Part shown: in pieces, positions 30,017 through 40,233 of the stretch
Numbering within the stretch: position 1 is the stretch's first letter
Layout: every line of letters starts with the position of its first letter
Virus record (IMG/VR): IMGVR_UViG_3300002092_001548
Coordinates: 32,001 to 96,000 of that record
Strand: one strand, 5' to 3'
DNA from: a virus
DNA length: 64,000 bases
Position numbers and translations under genes: made by a program
The notes under the pieces: generated by a model
Databases searched by the model: none
Seen by the model: only the letters and a program-made list of their open reading frames with translations
What the model was told of the DNA's origin: nothing

Positions 30017-32620
30017 ATGAATCAAGGCTTTGTAACTATACCTCAAATTAATGGAGAATTTTTTAATGCTTTGCCCTATTCGGTAAATTGGAATTTTAAT
30101 GATGGGACTAGCCCGTCTACATTAACGGTTAATCTCATTAGAGAGGATGGGGTTTATGATGTTGGTGGTATCGAAGCGTCTCTTGGGTATTCAAGAATTT
30201 ATAATATTTCTATAGGCAATGGTTTTAATTTTGTTGGGTATTTAACAGATTATTCTATAGAAAAAACGCCTGAACAAAAATTATTAACATTAGAATATAC
30301 AGATTTGGGCGCAGATTTAGATAGATATTATGTTGGATTAAATAAAAAGTATGGCAATAAGTCTAATAATTTATCGCCTAATTTAATTCTTGTTGGTAAA
30401 GAGTATCATCCATGTGATCCAAATTTAGATTCTAGCGTACCATATAGCTCTACTGCTGGGCTGGCAGTTGATCCGTGTGATCCTTGTCCGTTTATGCCTA
30501 AAGATAAATATAAGTTGGCATGTGACCCCGGTATGGCTAGTTTTAATATTTACGAAGTTTTTTATACATTTAATGAGTTGATAACTCAACTGCCAATTGC
30601 GGCAGACTCCAGTGGAATAATAGTAGATAATCAATTTAGAGCCCAGCATGTTGGAAAATTAAAGGATGTGCTGAGTGCATGGTGTTCTGCTTTAGGGTAT
30701 GCTTATTACTGGGATCCACTTCGGAATCAGTTAATTTTTATAAATCGAAGGTTACCCATTTCAATTCCAGATCCAAATTATACCCAACAAGCAAATGCTA
30801 GTATTATTGATTTTAAATATGGAGCAACGGTAAAGTCTACGTATTCCAGAGGATTTTTAGGATATTTTTCAAAAGAAGGGGCGGTTCATGATTATACATG
30901 CGCTCTAGATCCGTATGATAGTTTTGTGGATACGAAACCACTTACACTGCTAGATATAATTGATACTTCTGATGGTGGAACTGAATTCTCTGGTGGTGGA
31001 TATACTTATGCAGATAAAGTTCAAATTACTACAGCGCTATCTTATTATAGTAGGGCATTAAGGGACTCTTGGTTATGGTTTGAGTATTGGGGTATTACAG
31101 ATGATAGTTCCGCACAACAAGCAGCAGGAAAAACTTTGACAGATTTTGGTAATATGGTTATTAAGGATGTTTTTTCTCCAAATGCAAAATCCAATGTTTA
31201 TGTAAGGCTAACCTCTCCTGACGTTTTAAGCATAGCACAATTAACTTCGCTAGCTGGTAAAAATTTTTATTTTATTGTTGCAAAACAAGATGATGATCTT
31301 GCAGAGAAGCAATTTCACAATGTCGAGGGTGTTGCAAAAGGATTTTTAGGAAAATATTGGTATGCCTATTATAACACTCCTATTCCCGGTGGTTCAAATG
31401 ATAAATCAAATATTACTGCTGAAACGGCAGACGGAGGAAGCGCTGAGTGGCATTTAGCCGGAACAAATATTACATCTCTTCCTATTTTTGGTTTTGGGTA
31501 TAAACCATCGGGTAACTCTAAATTAGGACAGTTTGCAAAACAAGTGGCTGCTGATGAATCTGCTAATAATAATACAATTCAAAATCTGCAATCTCAGGGG
31601 GGAAATAACCAAACCGGGCCGCAAGATATCGCACTTACATCTTTTATTTTAGCCCAAAGAGATGCGAAGTGGTCTCCATCCGATGATCAAATTAGTTGGT
31701 ATCAGTCATTATTTCAATGGAATCAAGATATGCTACCCAAGATAGTTGGGGTTGATGGGCGTCCAGATATTTTATTTGATCCAGATATTGCACCCTATGC
31801 CAAAACCGATACTTCAATAAAGTTATTTTTAGTGGTAGAGTATCCGGGTAATTATACATTTTCGCAATCTAACGCTCAACATCCGAATGAGTATACTTCT
31901 CCAAAAAAGAAAACAAAAGTAGAGCAAGATTCTTTGGGTAATCCTATTACACTTTATTATGGGAATTATGGGCTTCGTAATCCTACCACAACACAGATTA
32001 CCGTACCGGGCATGACAATAACTCTTCCCGTGGGGGCTTTTGGGACTTCTGACAGTCCAAACATAACTGCGGCCGCAATGGGAAGTTGGAGTAATCAATC
32101 TTCATCAAGTCCTACTTATACAGTGTTTGTAAATGCTAGCCAATCATTTAAAAAGGTTCTTCCAAAGATTGAAGTTAGCGCGGGATGGGCAGCAGAAACA
32201 ACAAATGTTGCGCAAATAGATTATCATTATAAGGAGGCAAGAGAAGACAACTTGGATTTAGTCAATGGTGGTAAATTATGTACGCCAGCAAATGATAATA
32301 TTTATAAATACTTTGAGCCATTAGCTAACAATGCAGTAACTTCGCAATCCAGTCCTCAAAGAAAAATGTCGTTTAAGCTGCCGGGCATATTTCCAGCACA
32401 ATATTCAGTAGGAGAAGGTTTGGTTGGAATACAAATATCTTTAACAAGTAATGGATTTTTTACTAGCTATTCTTTTGAAGATAGGATAATTCAGCCACCT
32501 AGTGATGAATATATTATGGAAAGCGTTATTGCGAAAACTATTGCTAGGGGGCATAAGGGCGATAGTCATGTCGTGGGAAACAATTCTCAAATGGTTGGGA
32601 GGTCTCTAGGGTTCGCATAA
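30017..32620 (+). CDS. tail tip/baseplate hub (Tal-like) protein
   Basis: 867 aa; PSTLTVNL, FVGYLTDYSIEK, LKDVLSAWCSALGYAYYWD are hub-like segments. Confidence 0.55.
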   Translation: MNQGFVTIPQINGEFFNALPYSVNWNFNDGTSPSTLTVNLIREDGVYDVGGIEASLGYSRIYNISIGNGFNFVGYLTDYSIEKTPEQKLLTLEYTDLGADLDRYYVGLNKKYGNKSNNLSPNLILVGKEYHPCDPNLDSSVPYSSTAGLAVDPCDPCPFMPKDKYKLACDPGMASFNIYEVFYTFNELITQLPIAADSSGIIVDNQFRAQHVGKLKDVLSAWCSALGYAYYWDPLRNQLIFINRRLPISIPDPNYTQQANASIIDFKYGATVKSTYSRGFLGYFSKEGAVHDYTCALDPYDSFVDTKPLTLLDIIDTSDGGTEFSGGGYTYADKVQITTALSYYSRALRDSWLWFEYWGITDDSSAQQAAGKTLTDFGNMVIKDVFSPNAKSNVYVRLTSPDVLSIAQLTSLAGKNFYFIVAKQDDDLAEKQFHNVEGVAKGFLGKYWYAYYNTPIPGGSNDKSNITAETADGGSAEWHLAGTNITSLPIFGFGYKPSGNSKLGQFAKQVAADESANNNTIQNLQSQGGNNQTGPQDIALTSFILAQRDAKWSPSDDQISWYQSLFQWNQDMLPKIVGVDGRPDILFDPDIAPYAKTDTSIKLFLVVEYPGNYTFSQSNAQHPNEYTSPKKKTKVEQDSLGNPITLYYGNYGLRNPTTTQITVPGMTITLPVGAFGTSDSPNITAAAMGSWSNQSSSSPTYTVFVNASQSFKKVLPKIEVSAGWAAETTNVAQIDYHYKEAREDNLDLVNGGKLCTPANDNIYKYFEPLANNAVTSQSSPQRKMSFKLPGIFPAQYSVGEGLVGIQISLTSNGFFTSYSFEDRIIQPPSDEYIMESVIAKTIARGHKGDSHVVGNNSQMVGRSLGFA

Positions 32621-35619
32621 TGATAACAATCAATACGAAAAGATATAGGTCATTTTATCCACAAACTGGTGTTTCGTGGGGTGCGAATTTATTGCCCCAA
32701 AGTATTAATAATAGCTTTTCTTTTTCTTTTTCTGGTTCTAGTGGAACATGTAATATTTTTAACTTTGTTGGTAATAAAATATTTTCTCCAGATAATCTGT
32801 TAATTGGTTCTTACTCACAAAACCAGTCGTTATATTTTTCTGGAAACGTTGGAACGCAAACTGCTGACCTATATTTGAATTCTTCCCCTTTGTATCTTGG
32901 ATTACCGGTAAAAAATAATCAAGTTTTATCTGGAGTTTATTTGAATTCTAGCAATGGCGCGCCAATTAATTTAGTTAATTTAACAGTTAATGGTCAAACA
33001 ACTGCACCTTACTCGACAACCAACTCGTATAATTTATCTTATGGTCAATCATTTGTTCCTGTTAATTTTGTTAATAGCGGAAGTTATCCTGTTATTATCT
33101 TTTCGGGGTCTAGTTCCAATAGAAATTATGTAATAACCGGGACGTTTCCATTGTTATCTGTCGCTCCCGGCAAAACTGGAATTTTTAATTTAACCAATAC
33201 TGGACTGTTTGATTTAAGTTTATTAAGTAGTAATATTCCTATTACGCTTTCTACTAATTTAGGTGTATTGACTGGTCAAGTAAATGCCATTGGGGGAAGC
33301 ATTCCCTTGGGTTCTTCTTTTATTAATTTAATTCCAGAAGTTACTCTCTTACCAAGCGGTGGGGCCAATATTGTAACTCTTGTTATGCTGAATAATAGTG
33401 GTTCAGCATTAAATGTTAGTTTAAAATATGTTAGTGGATACACTGGAGTGGTTTATAATCCAGTTCAAGTTACTCAATATTATACTGAAAATATAAACGG
33501 AACTATTACTGGTGCTGCATATTTTGTTAAATATGTCTCTAGCCCAACAACTGGTGCTGGCCTTCCTCCATATTATGTTACTCAATATAATTCACTTTTA
33601 GGCGCAAATGAAACAACTGTAGCTAGTGGTATTTTAACAAGTGATATAATTTATGCTCCAGATATGGCTGTGGCTGGAACTGCAATTTTAAACTCATCTG
33701 GAATAGGAGATTTATATACTGGTTTTAATGGTCAAATATTTAATGGTAAAATAACTGGAAGTGGTATTACTGATGTTATACCATCATATGGTTATACTAA
33801 TTATATAACTGGAGGAATTTTGACCGGATACCTTTCGCCTGGCATGCCTCTTTATACTAATTTCTTTGGGCAGGCGTTATCTGGAATATATCAGTCTGGA
33901 GTAACTTTGTATAGCGTATATCAACCAAGTAATTATATATATTCACCTTTATCTGTATCACAGTATACTTCACAAGTATTATCTGCAACAAATAGTGCGT
34001 ATATAGTGGGAAGCTTCCTAGGTCTCTGGTCAACTACTGGTGTTGCTTCAGTAACGGGAGTTTTGGGCGCTGGAAATACAACTGGTACTATTAGTATTCC
34101 GATTACCATAACTGGAGCTTATCCTTATACAATCACTTCACAGTCTCAATCTGGAAGTTATAGTGTTACAAATGCTAAAGTTTCTGGATTCTTTCCAGCA
34201 AGTACATTTGTATCATATAATTCTCTAAATAATAATTTATTACAATATAATAATTCTTTCACAGTGGGTAATCCATGGTTTTATTCAAATGTTAATACGG
34301 GCTTAAGCACGGGTGTTGCCGGGCCATTTGTTCGTACTAGTGGTATACAATTTCAATCATCTGGAGATGGTGGAGGATATTTACAATCCATATCACTAAC
34401 AAGTGGTACTCAATATACTTTTTCAGTATATGCTAAATATATTTCTGGAGATAGTCGTGTTTATATTGGTAGAGATGGTTATGCTAGTATATATGATTTA
34501 GTTGCAGCTACTGGCAGTGATTCATCGGGCGTATCTTCAACTATTACACCAATAACAAATGGGTGGTATAATATTGCAAGTACTTGGTTAGAAAATATTG
34601 GGGGGAATCAAAATGTAGATATTTATGCATACCGTTCTGGTTCTGCTTTTCAAATTTTTAATGCGCAGTTGCTCTCCTATTCTAATTTATATTCTGCATA
34701 TGATCAATACGTAACTGGTATTATAACTAAAACATTTAACCCTATAGGGTCTTATACATTTTATAATACATTTACTGGTTATTTTTATAGTCCTAGCTAT
34801 CCGAATGTAAATAGTATTTATTTTAACGAGTCTATAACTTCTGTTGGGACGGGTATTGGGTTTATCACACATACTTCTACTAAAAATGTATATGTTGTTA
34901 TAGATCCAACAGCTATAGCTGCATGTTCAGGTCAGATTAATTCTAATCCATATATACAACAATTTATTTATTATCCTATAACTGGATTAATTTCAGCAAG
35001 TTTAACTGGAACAATATCGGGTGCCATAATTAATCTAAACGTTCCTATTACTATTACTGGAATGACTACTAATGGATACTATTCTGAAATAAATTCAAAA
35101 TATGTTACAACTACTGGAACAAGCATTGGACAAATATCAGCTTCATGTACAGACTCTAATGGAAATATTTTTTATCTTAATGATGGCAGATCTTTTAGTG
35201 TGACTGGTAATGTAACAGGAAGTTATTCTGGACTATTGGCAAGCACGATAGATGGAAGTTGGCCAGTTGCTGGTATTTTAACTGGAACGCTTTATCAATA
35301 TCAAGGCATTAGAACATATACTGGGAATTGGACTTTATCGAGTGGGTCAACTATAGTTAATCTAAATTATTTAGCAAATAGCGGCACAACTTCATATAAT
35401 AGTATATTAGGAACTGGTGTGGGATATAAATACCCATATGTTTCGCAATTACTTGTAGGATATAATGATATGTTTTCTGTTTCACTAAATAATGCAGGAC
35501 TTTCTGGATACTATCCGGGATATGATATTGTTAAATTAACGGTAACTGGGGCTAACTTTATTGGAATTGGTCGCGGTAGTGGATTAAATTTATTACTTTC
35601 GGGAGTGGGCGCAGTATGA
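32620..35619 (+). CDS. tail fibre/receptor-binding protein with carbohydrate-binding-like insert
   Basis: 999 aa, S/T/G/Y-rich; NLLQYNNSF...SGTQYTFSVYAK...ITNGWYNI resembles a CBM-like fibre domain. Confidence 0.55.
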   Translation: MITINTKRYRSFYPQTGVSWGANLLPQSINNSFSFSFSGSSGTCNIFNFVGNKIFSPDNLLIGSYSQNQSLYFSGNVGTQTADLYLNSSPLYLGLPVKNNQVLSGVYLNSSNGAPINLVNLTVNGQTTAPYSTTNSYNLSYGQSFVPVNFVNSGSYPVIIFSGSSSNRNYVITGTFPLLSVAPGKTGIFNLTNTGLFDLSLLSSNIPITLSTNLGVLTGQVNAIGGSIPLGSSFINLIPEVTLLPSGGANIVTLVMLNNSGSALNVSLKYVSGYTGVVYNPVQVTQYYTENINGTITGAAYFVKYVSSPTTGAGLPPYYVTQYNSLLGANETTVASGILTSDIIYAPDMAVAGTAILNSSGIGDLYTGFNGQIFNGKITGSGITDVIPSYGYTNYITGGILTGYLSPGMPLYTNFFGQALSGIYQSGVTLYSVYQPSNYIYSPLSVSQYTSQVLSATNSAYIVGSFLGLWSTTGVASVTGVLGAGNTTGTISIPITITGAYPYTITSQSQSGSYSVTNAKVSGFFPASTFVSYNSLNNNLLQYNNSFTVGNPWFYSNVNTGLSTGVAGPFVRTSGIQFQSSGDGGGYLQSISLTSGTQYTFSVYAKYISGDSRVYIGRDGYASIYDLVAATGSDSSGVSSTITPITNGWYNIASTWLENIGGNQNVDIYAYRSGSAFQIFNAQLLSYSNLYSAYDQYVTGIITKTFNPIGSYTFYNTFTGYFYSPSYPNVNSIYFNESITSVGTGIGFITHTSTKNVYVVIDPTAIAACSGQINSNPYIQQFIYYPITGLISASLTGTISGAIINLNVPITITGMTTNGYYSEINSKYVTTTGTSIGQISASCTDSNGNIFYLNDGRSFSVTGNVTGSYSGLLASTIDGSWPVAGILTGTLYQYQGIRTYTGNWTLSSGSTIVNLNYLANSGTTSYNSILGTGVGYKYPYVSQLLVGYNDMFSVSLNNAGLSGYYPGYDIVKLTVTGANFIGIGRGSGLNLLLSGVGAV

Positions 35620-37286
35620 GTGTTAATCCTTCTTTAGTTTGTACTGGTAAGACTTACTGGAATAATTGCTGGAATTATTGTGTATCATGCACTGGCCAGT
35701 GGAATGTTACTGGATGTGCGTGTCAGGGTAGTCCTGCCTCAATGTCTTATTCATCATACAATGGGGTAACAACCTTAACAGAAATTCCTGTTCTTAATTA
35801 TACAACGGTAGATACTACTGTTCCATCAATAATCACGGCGCTTCCTAATTACGAATATTTTCCTCCCGATATTCTTTTAATGGCAACTACAAAATGCGTA
35901 GTAATAAATGGAATCACTGGCGCGCAAACATTTCCATCATATATGATAAATGGCGGTGCTCCAAATATTAAATATAATGTTCAGTTAAATGGTATTGATG
36001 CAAGTAATAATTCTACATTTACATATCAAGGCTCCGTATCACCAAGCCAGACTGTTCAGGTTTTATCCGGATTGAGTTTTATTACAAATACAGCGGCCGC
36101 TGGAGGAAATTATCAATATGAGAATGAACAATTAAATGTTAGTGCTACATATGTTGATCCTACTTATGGGTATACATATCCAATGGGATATAACATTCCC
36201 TTACAAAATGTTACTTGGCTACCAGATTGTGCACATACTGGAGCAACATCGCAGACAACGGGTACTGGTGGTTTTATTTTTACTGCAAATAGTGGTATAT
36301 GTATTGGACCAGGTGGTTGTACTTATAGTGGGCAATTTAGTTTTGGCGGAAGTGGTAATGCTGCTAAATCTTATAGCGTGTCTATTACTGCTAATTACTC
36401 AAATGGTACATATGCTACTTTAACGTATCCTCGTGCAAATCCATCTATTTATAATTTTGAAGTATATACCGCTAATAATATTTACGACCAATATAATAAT
36501 TTATATGTTACAGGCAATCCTCCTAAAGTGCAATTAACTTTATATTATATAAATAATAGTGATTCTAACGACTATGGATATTTAGTAACTGGAATTATGC
36601 TTCCTATGTGTCAGGGTAATCCATATACTGTTACCGGTACGAGTACTAGTAATATTGCTTGTACTTATGGTTGTGGGGCATATAAATATCCTTATTATTA
36701 TTTAAATAAAACTTCTTTTAGAAAAATTAATTTTACAACCGGATGGACAGGATATAATAGTAGTTACAATATAGATGCTTACGCGAACATTTCTGGCAAA
36801 TACCAGTCTTTGGAAACTGATGTTTATACTCCAAATGGAAACTATTGTCCCGGTGCCTCAATTACATATTCTGGAACTTCTAATTTTAGCGGAGATTATT
36901 TGGCGGTAGATACTAGTGCCGGATATCCACAGCCAGGAACCATTGAATATTCATTTAATTGCTATAGCGCACAAAAATCAAATGGAACTTGGACTGGACA
37001 TCTTACAATATTGAGTTATGTTGACGGGGGTGGGTACTTAACATATCCAACAGTGGTAGCCTCGCAGGATAGTAGTATTCTTCATCCTTGTCATTTATAT
37101 ACTGATTCTAATTGGAATGGGGTTAATTATTTAGAATCCTTCCAGGATAGCAATTTTGTTACACAAACTGTTGCGCCTTATCCTATAACTACAGCCCCTT
37201 CTATTGATACCTATACAAATCCCTGTCCATGCTTATGCCCCTCGCAATATACTGCAAGTGCTGGGCAATGTGTGTATGTTGGTTAA
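35616..37286 (+). CDS. Cys-rich tail/fibre protein
   Basis: 556 aa; Cys clusters at both termini (CWNYCVSC...CACQ; CPCLCP...C). Confidence 0.5.
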   Translation: MSVNPSLVCTGKTYWNNCWNYCVSCTGQWNVTGCACQGSPASMSYSSYNGVTTLTEIPVLNYTTVDTTVPSIITALPNYEYFPPDILLMATTKCVVINGITGAQTFPSYMINGGAPNIKYNVQLNGIDASNNSTFTYQGSVSPSQTVQVLSGLSFITNTAAAGGNYQYENEQLNVSATYVDPTYGYTYPMGYNIPLQNVTWLPDCAHTGATSQTTGTGGFIFTANSGICIGPGGCTYSGQFSFGGSGNAAKSYSVSITANYSNGTYATLTYPRANPSIYNFEVYTANNIYDQYNNLYVTGNPPKVQLTLYYINNSDSNDYGYLVTGIMLPMCQGNPYTVTGTSTSNIACTYGCGAYKYPYYYLNKTSFRKINFTTGWTGYNSSYNIDAYANISGKYQSLETDVYTPNGNYCPGASITYSGTSNFSGDYLAVDTSAGYPQPGTIEYSFNCYSAQKSNGTWTGHLTILSYVDGGGYLTYPTVVASQDSSILHPCHLYTDSNWNGVNYLESFQDSNFVTQTVAPYPITTAPSIDTYTNPCPCLCPSQYTASAGQCVYVG

Positions 37287-37298
37287 CTTTTAAATTTT

Positions 37299-38141
37299 AT
37301 GGCATACTTCAACGCTATTAGTGTAAATAATCAAGTCTCCTCAAGGGCACCCTTTACTTTATATTATTCTTCTGATGCTCAAGGAAATCCTGCTGTTGGT
37401 GTAACATATGGTCAGGTTGATGGTTTTAGTCCGAGGGCAACCAAACTTCCAAGTGCGGCAATAGATGCTGTTAATCCGGATTATATTCTTCCTGAAATAA
37501 ATGCAGACGGATTGTGGTCGGTGATTCTAGAAATTGACTTTATAAAATTTGGTATTGGTGCGTCTTCTAGTTCTGGCTCTACTAATGCCCCCTCTGCTAG
37601 TCCAAATTCAAATCAATCTAACCCCGAAAATCAATCGGTTAAAATTTATGCCCTCTTGACTCCTTTGACTAGTAATCTAGTAGACTCAAAGGGGACCGGT
37701 GTTAAGTATATTATACTTGGGACTGTTAAGGCAGTCAAGAATGTTCCAGGTGCTACTAATACCAATCCTACCTATACCTATACTTTTAAACAGTATTTTA
37801 CTGGAAATATTTTTACTGAACAGGCAATATATTTAGCTAATAAGCCTGGCACTACAGATACTTCAACTTTCTTTGCGGATCCAGAAAATATATCTATACA
37901 AGCAAAAGATAAGAGTGGATTAAATTATAATAATGCAAAAGGTCAACTCAATATATTTAATAAGGATGGGGCTTATATAATTTTAGATCAAAAAGGGCAG
38001 TTGCTGATGGGAGATGGAAAGGGCAAAAATTTAACTTTAGATTTTCCAAAAACTGATGGGACTGTTGGGTGGCAGGCGCTACAGGTATGTAACGGGTCTA
38101 GTACTCAAACTATGTATGTTTTTGGTACTGCTCCTATGTAA
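37299..38141 (+). CDS. putative tail tip/spike protein
   Basis: 280 aa; short beta repeats near the C-terminus (GQLNIFNKDGAYIILDQKGQLLMGDGKG). Confidence 0.4.
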   Translation: MAYFNAISVNNQVSSRAPFTLYYSSDAQGNPAVGVTYGQVDGFSPRATKLPSAAIDAVNPDYILPEINADGLWSVILEIDFIKFGIGASSSSGSTNAPSASPNSNQSNPENQSVKIYALLTPLTSNLVDSKGTGVKYIILGTVKAVKNVPGATNTNPTYTYTFKQYFTGNIFTEQAIYLANKPGTTDTSTFFADPENISIQAKDKSGLNYNNAKGQLNIFNKDGAYIILDQKGQLLMGDGKGKNLTLDFPKTDGTVGWQALQVCNGSSTQTMYVFGTAPM

Positions 38142-38145
38142 TTAA

Positions 38146-38631
38146 ATGGCTTTTTTATTACCACAATATTCTACTATTAAAAGTAATTGCGTGTGTTGTT
38201 GTGTGCAATGTGGTAGCTTGGGGTATTTAGATAAATGTCCAGATAACGTAAAAAATACTACCCCCAAAACTGCCGCAATTAAAGTTAACGGTACGGATGT
38301 CAATCTATCCCAAGAGGAGATTGATAATACTGATTTTGCTTATGGTAAGCAGCCTGGGCCAAGGGGTACAGATGAGACTCGCCTGATTCCAAGTATTGGA
38401 GATAATTTTGTTGGGGGCGGATCATCTACGGGGCCATCTGACAGTGGTGGGGGTGGTACCAAGCCTAAGGGTGGAGGAAATGTTCAGTCTAATACTATAA
38501 CATGTAAATCAATTTCAGTTGCTTGCCCCACAAACCCAAGTTACCAATTAACGTGCTGCGCATGTACTCCCTCTAATAACTCTGAGGGTGGCGGTGGCGG
38601 TGTGGGTCCAGTTCCTTTTTCCTACTATTAA
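38146..38631 (+). CDS. Cys/Gly-rich hypothetical protein
   Basis: 161 aa; CVCCCVQC and CCAC motifs. Confidence 0.55.
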   Translation: MAFLLPQYSTIKSNCVCCCVQCGSLGYLDKCPDNVKNTTPKTAAIKVNGTDVNLSQEEIDNTDFAYGKQPGPRGTDETRLIPSIGDNFVGGGSSTGPSDSGGGGTKPKGGGNVQSNTITCKSISVACPTNPSYQLTCCACTPSNNSEGGGGGVGPVPFSYY

Positions 38632-38689
38632 AAGTAATTGCGTGTGTTGTTGTGTGCAATGTGGTAGCTTGGGGTATTTAGATAAATGT
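38171..38689 (+). repeat. perfect 68-bp direct repeat (38171-38238 and 38622-38689)
   Basis: ctactattaaaagtaattgcgtgtgttgttgtgtgcaatgtggtagcttggggtatttagataaatgt occurs twice, 451 bp apart. Confidence 0.95.
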
Positions 38690-38729
38690 ATGATTTTAGA
38701 TTAATTAAAATTCTAATTATATAATAGTT

Positions 38730-39206
38730 ATGTGCAACCTTACTGATGACCAATTAATGCAAATTGTTCATGCTCTTACAGCAAAAAGAAAACCACAAAA
38801 TTATCAGAGGTGGATTCAAGGTGGGTTTAGAAAAGTAAGTGCAGACCGTCTTTTTATTTACTGGAAAAACAAGATTTCCCAATCATTACAAATGCACGAA
38901 TTAGCCTGTAAGATATTTGAGGAATATAAGAAAAATTTAGAACAAAATAAGTTGAATCAGCCTTCTCCAGCAGAAATGGCAAGAAACCTCGCCGCAAGTA
39001 TGGCTAACTGGGTTAAATCTGGTTTTAAAGTAGTATCAAAAGAAGTTTTTGAGCAGCGGATGAGTGTCTGTAATACGTGTGAATTTTGGGAACAAAATGC
39101 AATTGGTGGCCGATGCTTGAAATGCGGGTGTTCAACTCAGGCAAAATTACGTCTCGCGCACGAAAAGTGTCCAGAAGGTAAATGGCTTCCGGATTCTAGC
39201 GACTAA
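38730..39206 (+). CDS. DUF6171-like Cys-rich protein
   Basis: RMSVCNTCEF...RCLKCGC...KLRLAHEKCPEGKW. Confidence 0.65.
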   Translation: MCNLTDDQLMQIVHALTAKRKPQNYQRWIQGGFRKVSADRLFIYWKNKISQSLQMHELACKIFEEYKKNLEQNKLNQPSPAEMARNLAASMANWVKSGFKVVSKEVFEQRMSVCNTCEFWEQNAIGGRCLKCGCSTQAKLRLAHEKCPEGKWLPDSSD

Positions 39207-39430
39207 ACACTTTTAAATTTGTCGCAATTTAAGCAGTGCTTCTCCATTAATAGGGGATAAATATCTTTTAATTCGCACTTAAAAGCATAGGTTTGTTGTG
39301 TTGAGCAACAGCTTTTCGAAACTATCTCACTAGTTGATCTATGCGCGCAGTTATTAAACCTATTGAGAGCTTCCTCATTAACAGGATTATAGTTATTTAT
39401 AACTGGCGGCGTTAAACTATTTTTTTGCAT
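39203..39430 (-). CDS. small Cys-rich (zinc-binding-like) protein
   Basis: Likely start MQKNSL at 39430; CAHRS...CC...FKC...CLNC; resembles 51759..51953. Confidence 0.5.
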   Translation of the reverse strand: MQKNSLTPPVINNYNPVNEEALNRFNNCAHRSTSEIVSKSCCSTQQTYAFKCELKDIYPLLMEKHCLNCDKFKSV

Positions 39431-40202
39431 TTTTACTTTTAATTCCGCTAATAATTGAAAAGATTGACAGGGGCGCAATATCATCACAATCATTCCAAAT
39501 TTCTGCTCCGCCAATGCCTTTCTTTATTGCCCCTTCTTTAATTTGAAGGAAGGTTAAACCATAATCTTTCATTGTTTTCTGCAGTAGGGCTACTGGGTTA
39601 GAAGATCCAGCGACTTCTTCTTCTGCGGCCTGTGGCGATTTGGATCCACCACCCATTTCATCACTACCAACAATATTCACCTTTAGGAAGCTTCTTACTG
39701 CGCGAACAAAGGCGCGATTCTCGGCAATTGCCATTAAGAAGTTCTTTGCAAAGTTGTGCGTATTATCCCAATGGGCATCTGCTAGTGCTGAAAAAGTCAC
39801 TGGTTGAAAACCAGTTTCATAATTAGGGGTGAAATTAATAGTACATTTTACAGAAACGTAATCAGGTCTTGATTCGAGAACATCATAATTTACAGAAGAA
39901 AATCCTCTAATTTGCGCTAGTTCTTTAATTCCAGCCAAAAGAATTAGGAGTTGGTTATCGGCCAGAGTTGTTACATCGAGTTCTTTTAGATTAAGATCTG
40001 GTTTATTCTTAAAGGAGTCACGGTTTGGAACAAGGTAATCTGGACGAATCATCGCGCGCCAGTTAATTGTATTGTCCTCATTAAAGACGTACTCTACCGA
40101 GTTAATAAAACCATTTAAATCCCTAGAAAACCCAGATACCCTGTCGATATACCTTGGGGCATTTAGGATTTCTACAGTTTCTATTTTCTTTTCTTTTACC
40201 AT
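39417..40202 (-). CDS. ssDNA annealing protein, Rad52/Sak-like
   Basis: LAGIKELAQIRG, VSVKCTI, MAIAENRAFVRAVR and GSDEM pattern typical of phage annealases. Confidence 0.5.
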   Translation of the reverse strand: MVKEKKIETVEILNAPRYIDRVSGFSRDLNGFINSVEYVFNEDNTINWRAMIRPDYLVPNRDSFKNKPDLNLKELDVTTLADNQLLILLAGIKELAQIRGFSSVNYDVLESRPDYVSVKCTINFTPNYETGFQPVTFSALADAHWDNTHNFAKNFLMAIAENRAFVRAVRSFLKVNIVGSDEMGGGSKSPQAAEEEVAGSSNPVALLQKTMKDYGLTFLQIKEGAIKKGIGGAEIWNDCDDIAPLSIFSIISGIKSKNAKK

Positions 40203-40233
40203 TTATTAATGGTATTAGAATTTGTATACTCTG

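Noticed and set aside
37321-37326. GTGTAA as a late promoter
   Set aside because: It lies inside the start of a coding region with no upstream RGTGYC and no nearby downstream start; probably chance.
38171-38689. Diversity-generating retroelement TR/VR pair
   Set aside because: The copies are identical with no adenine-specific mismatches, and no reverse transcriptase is in the window.
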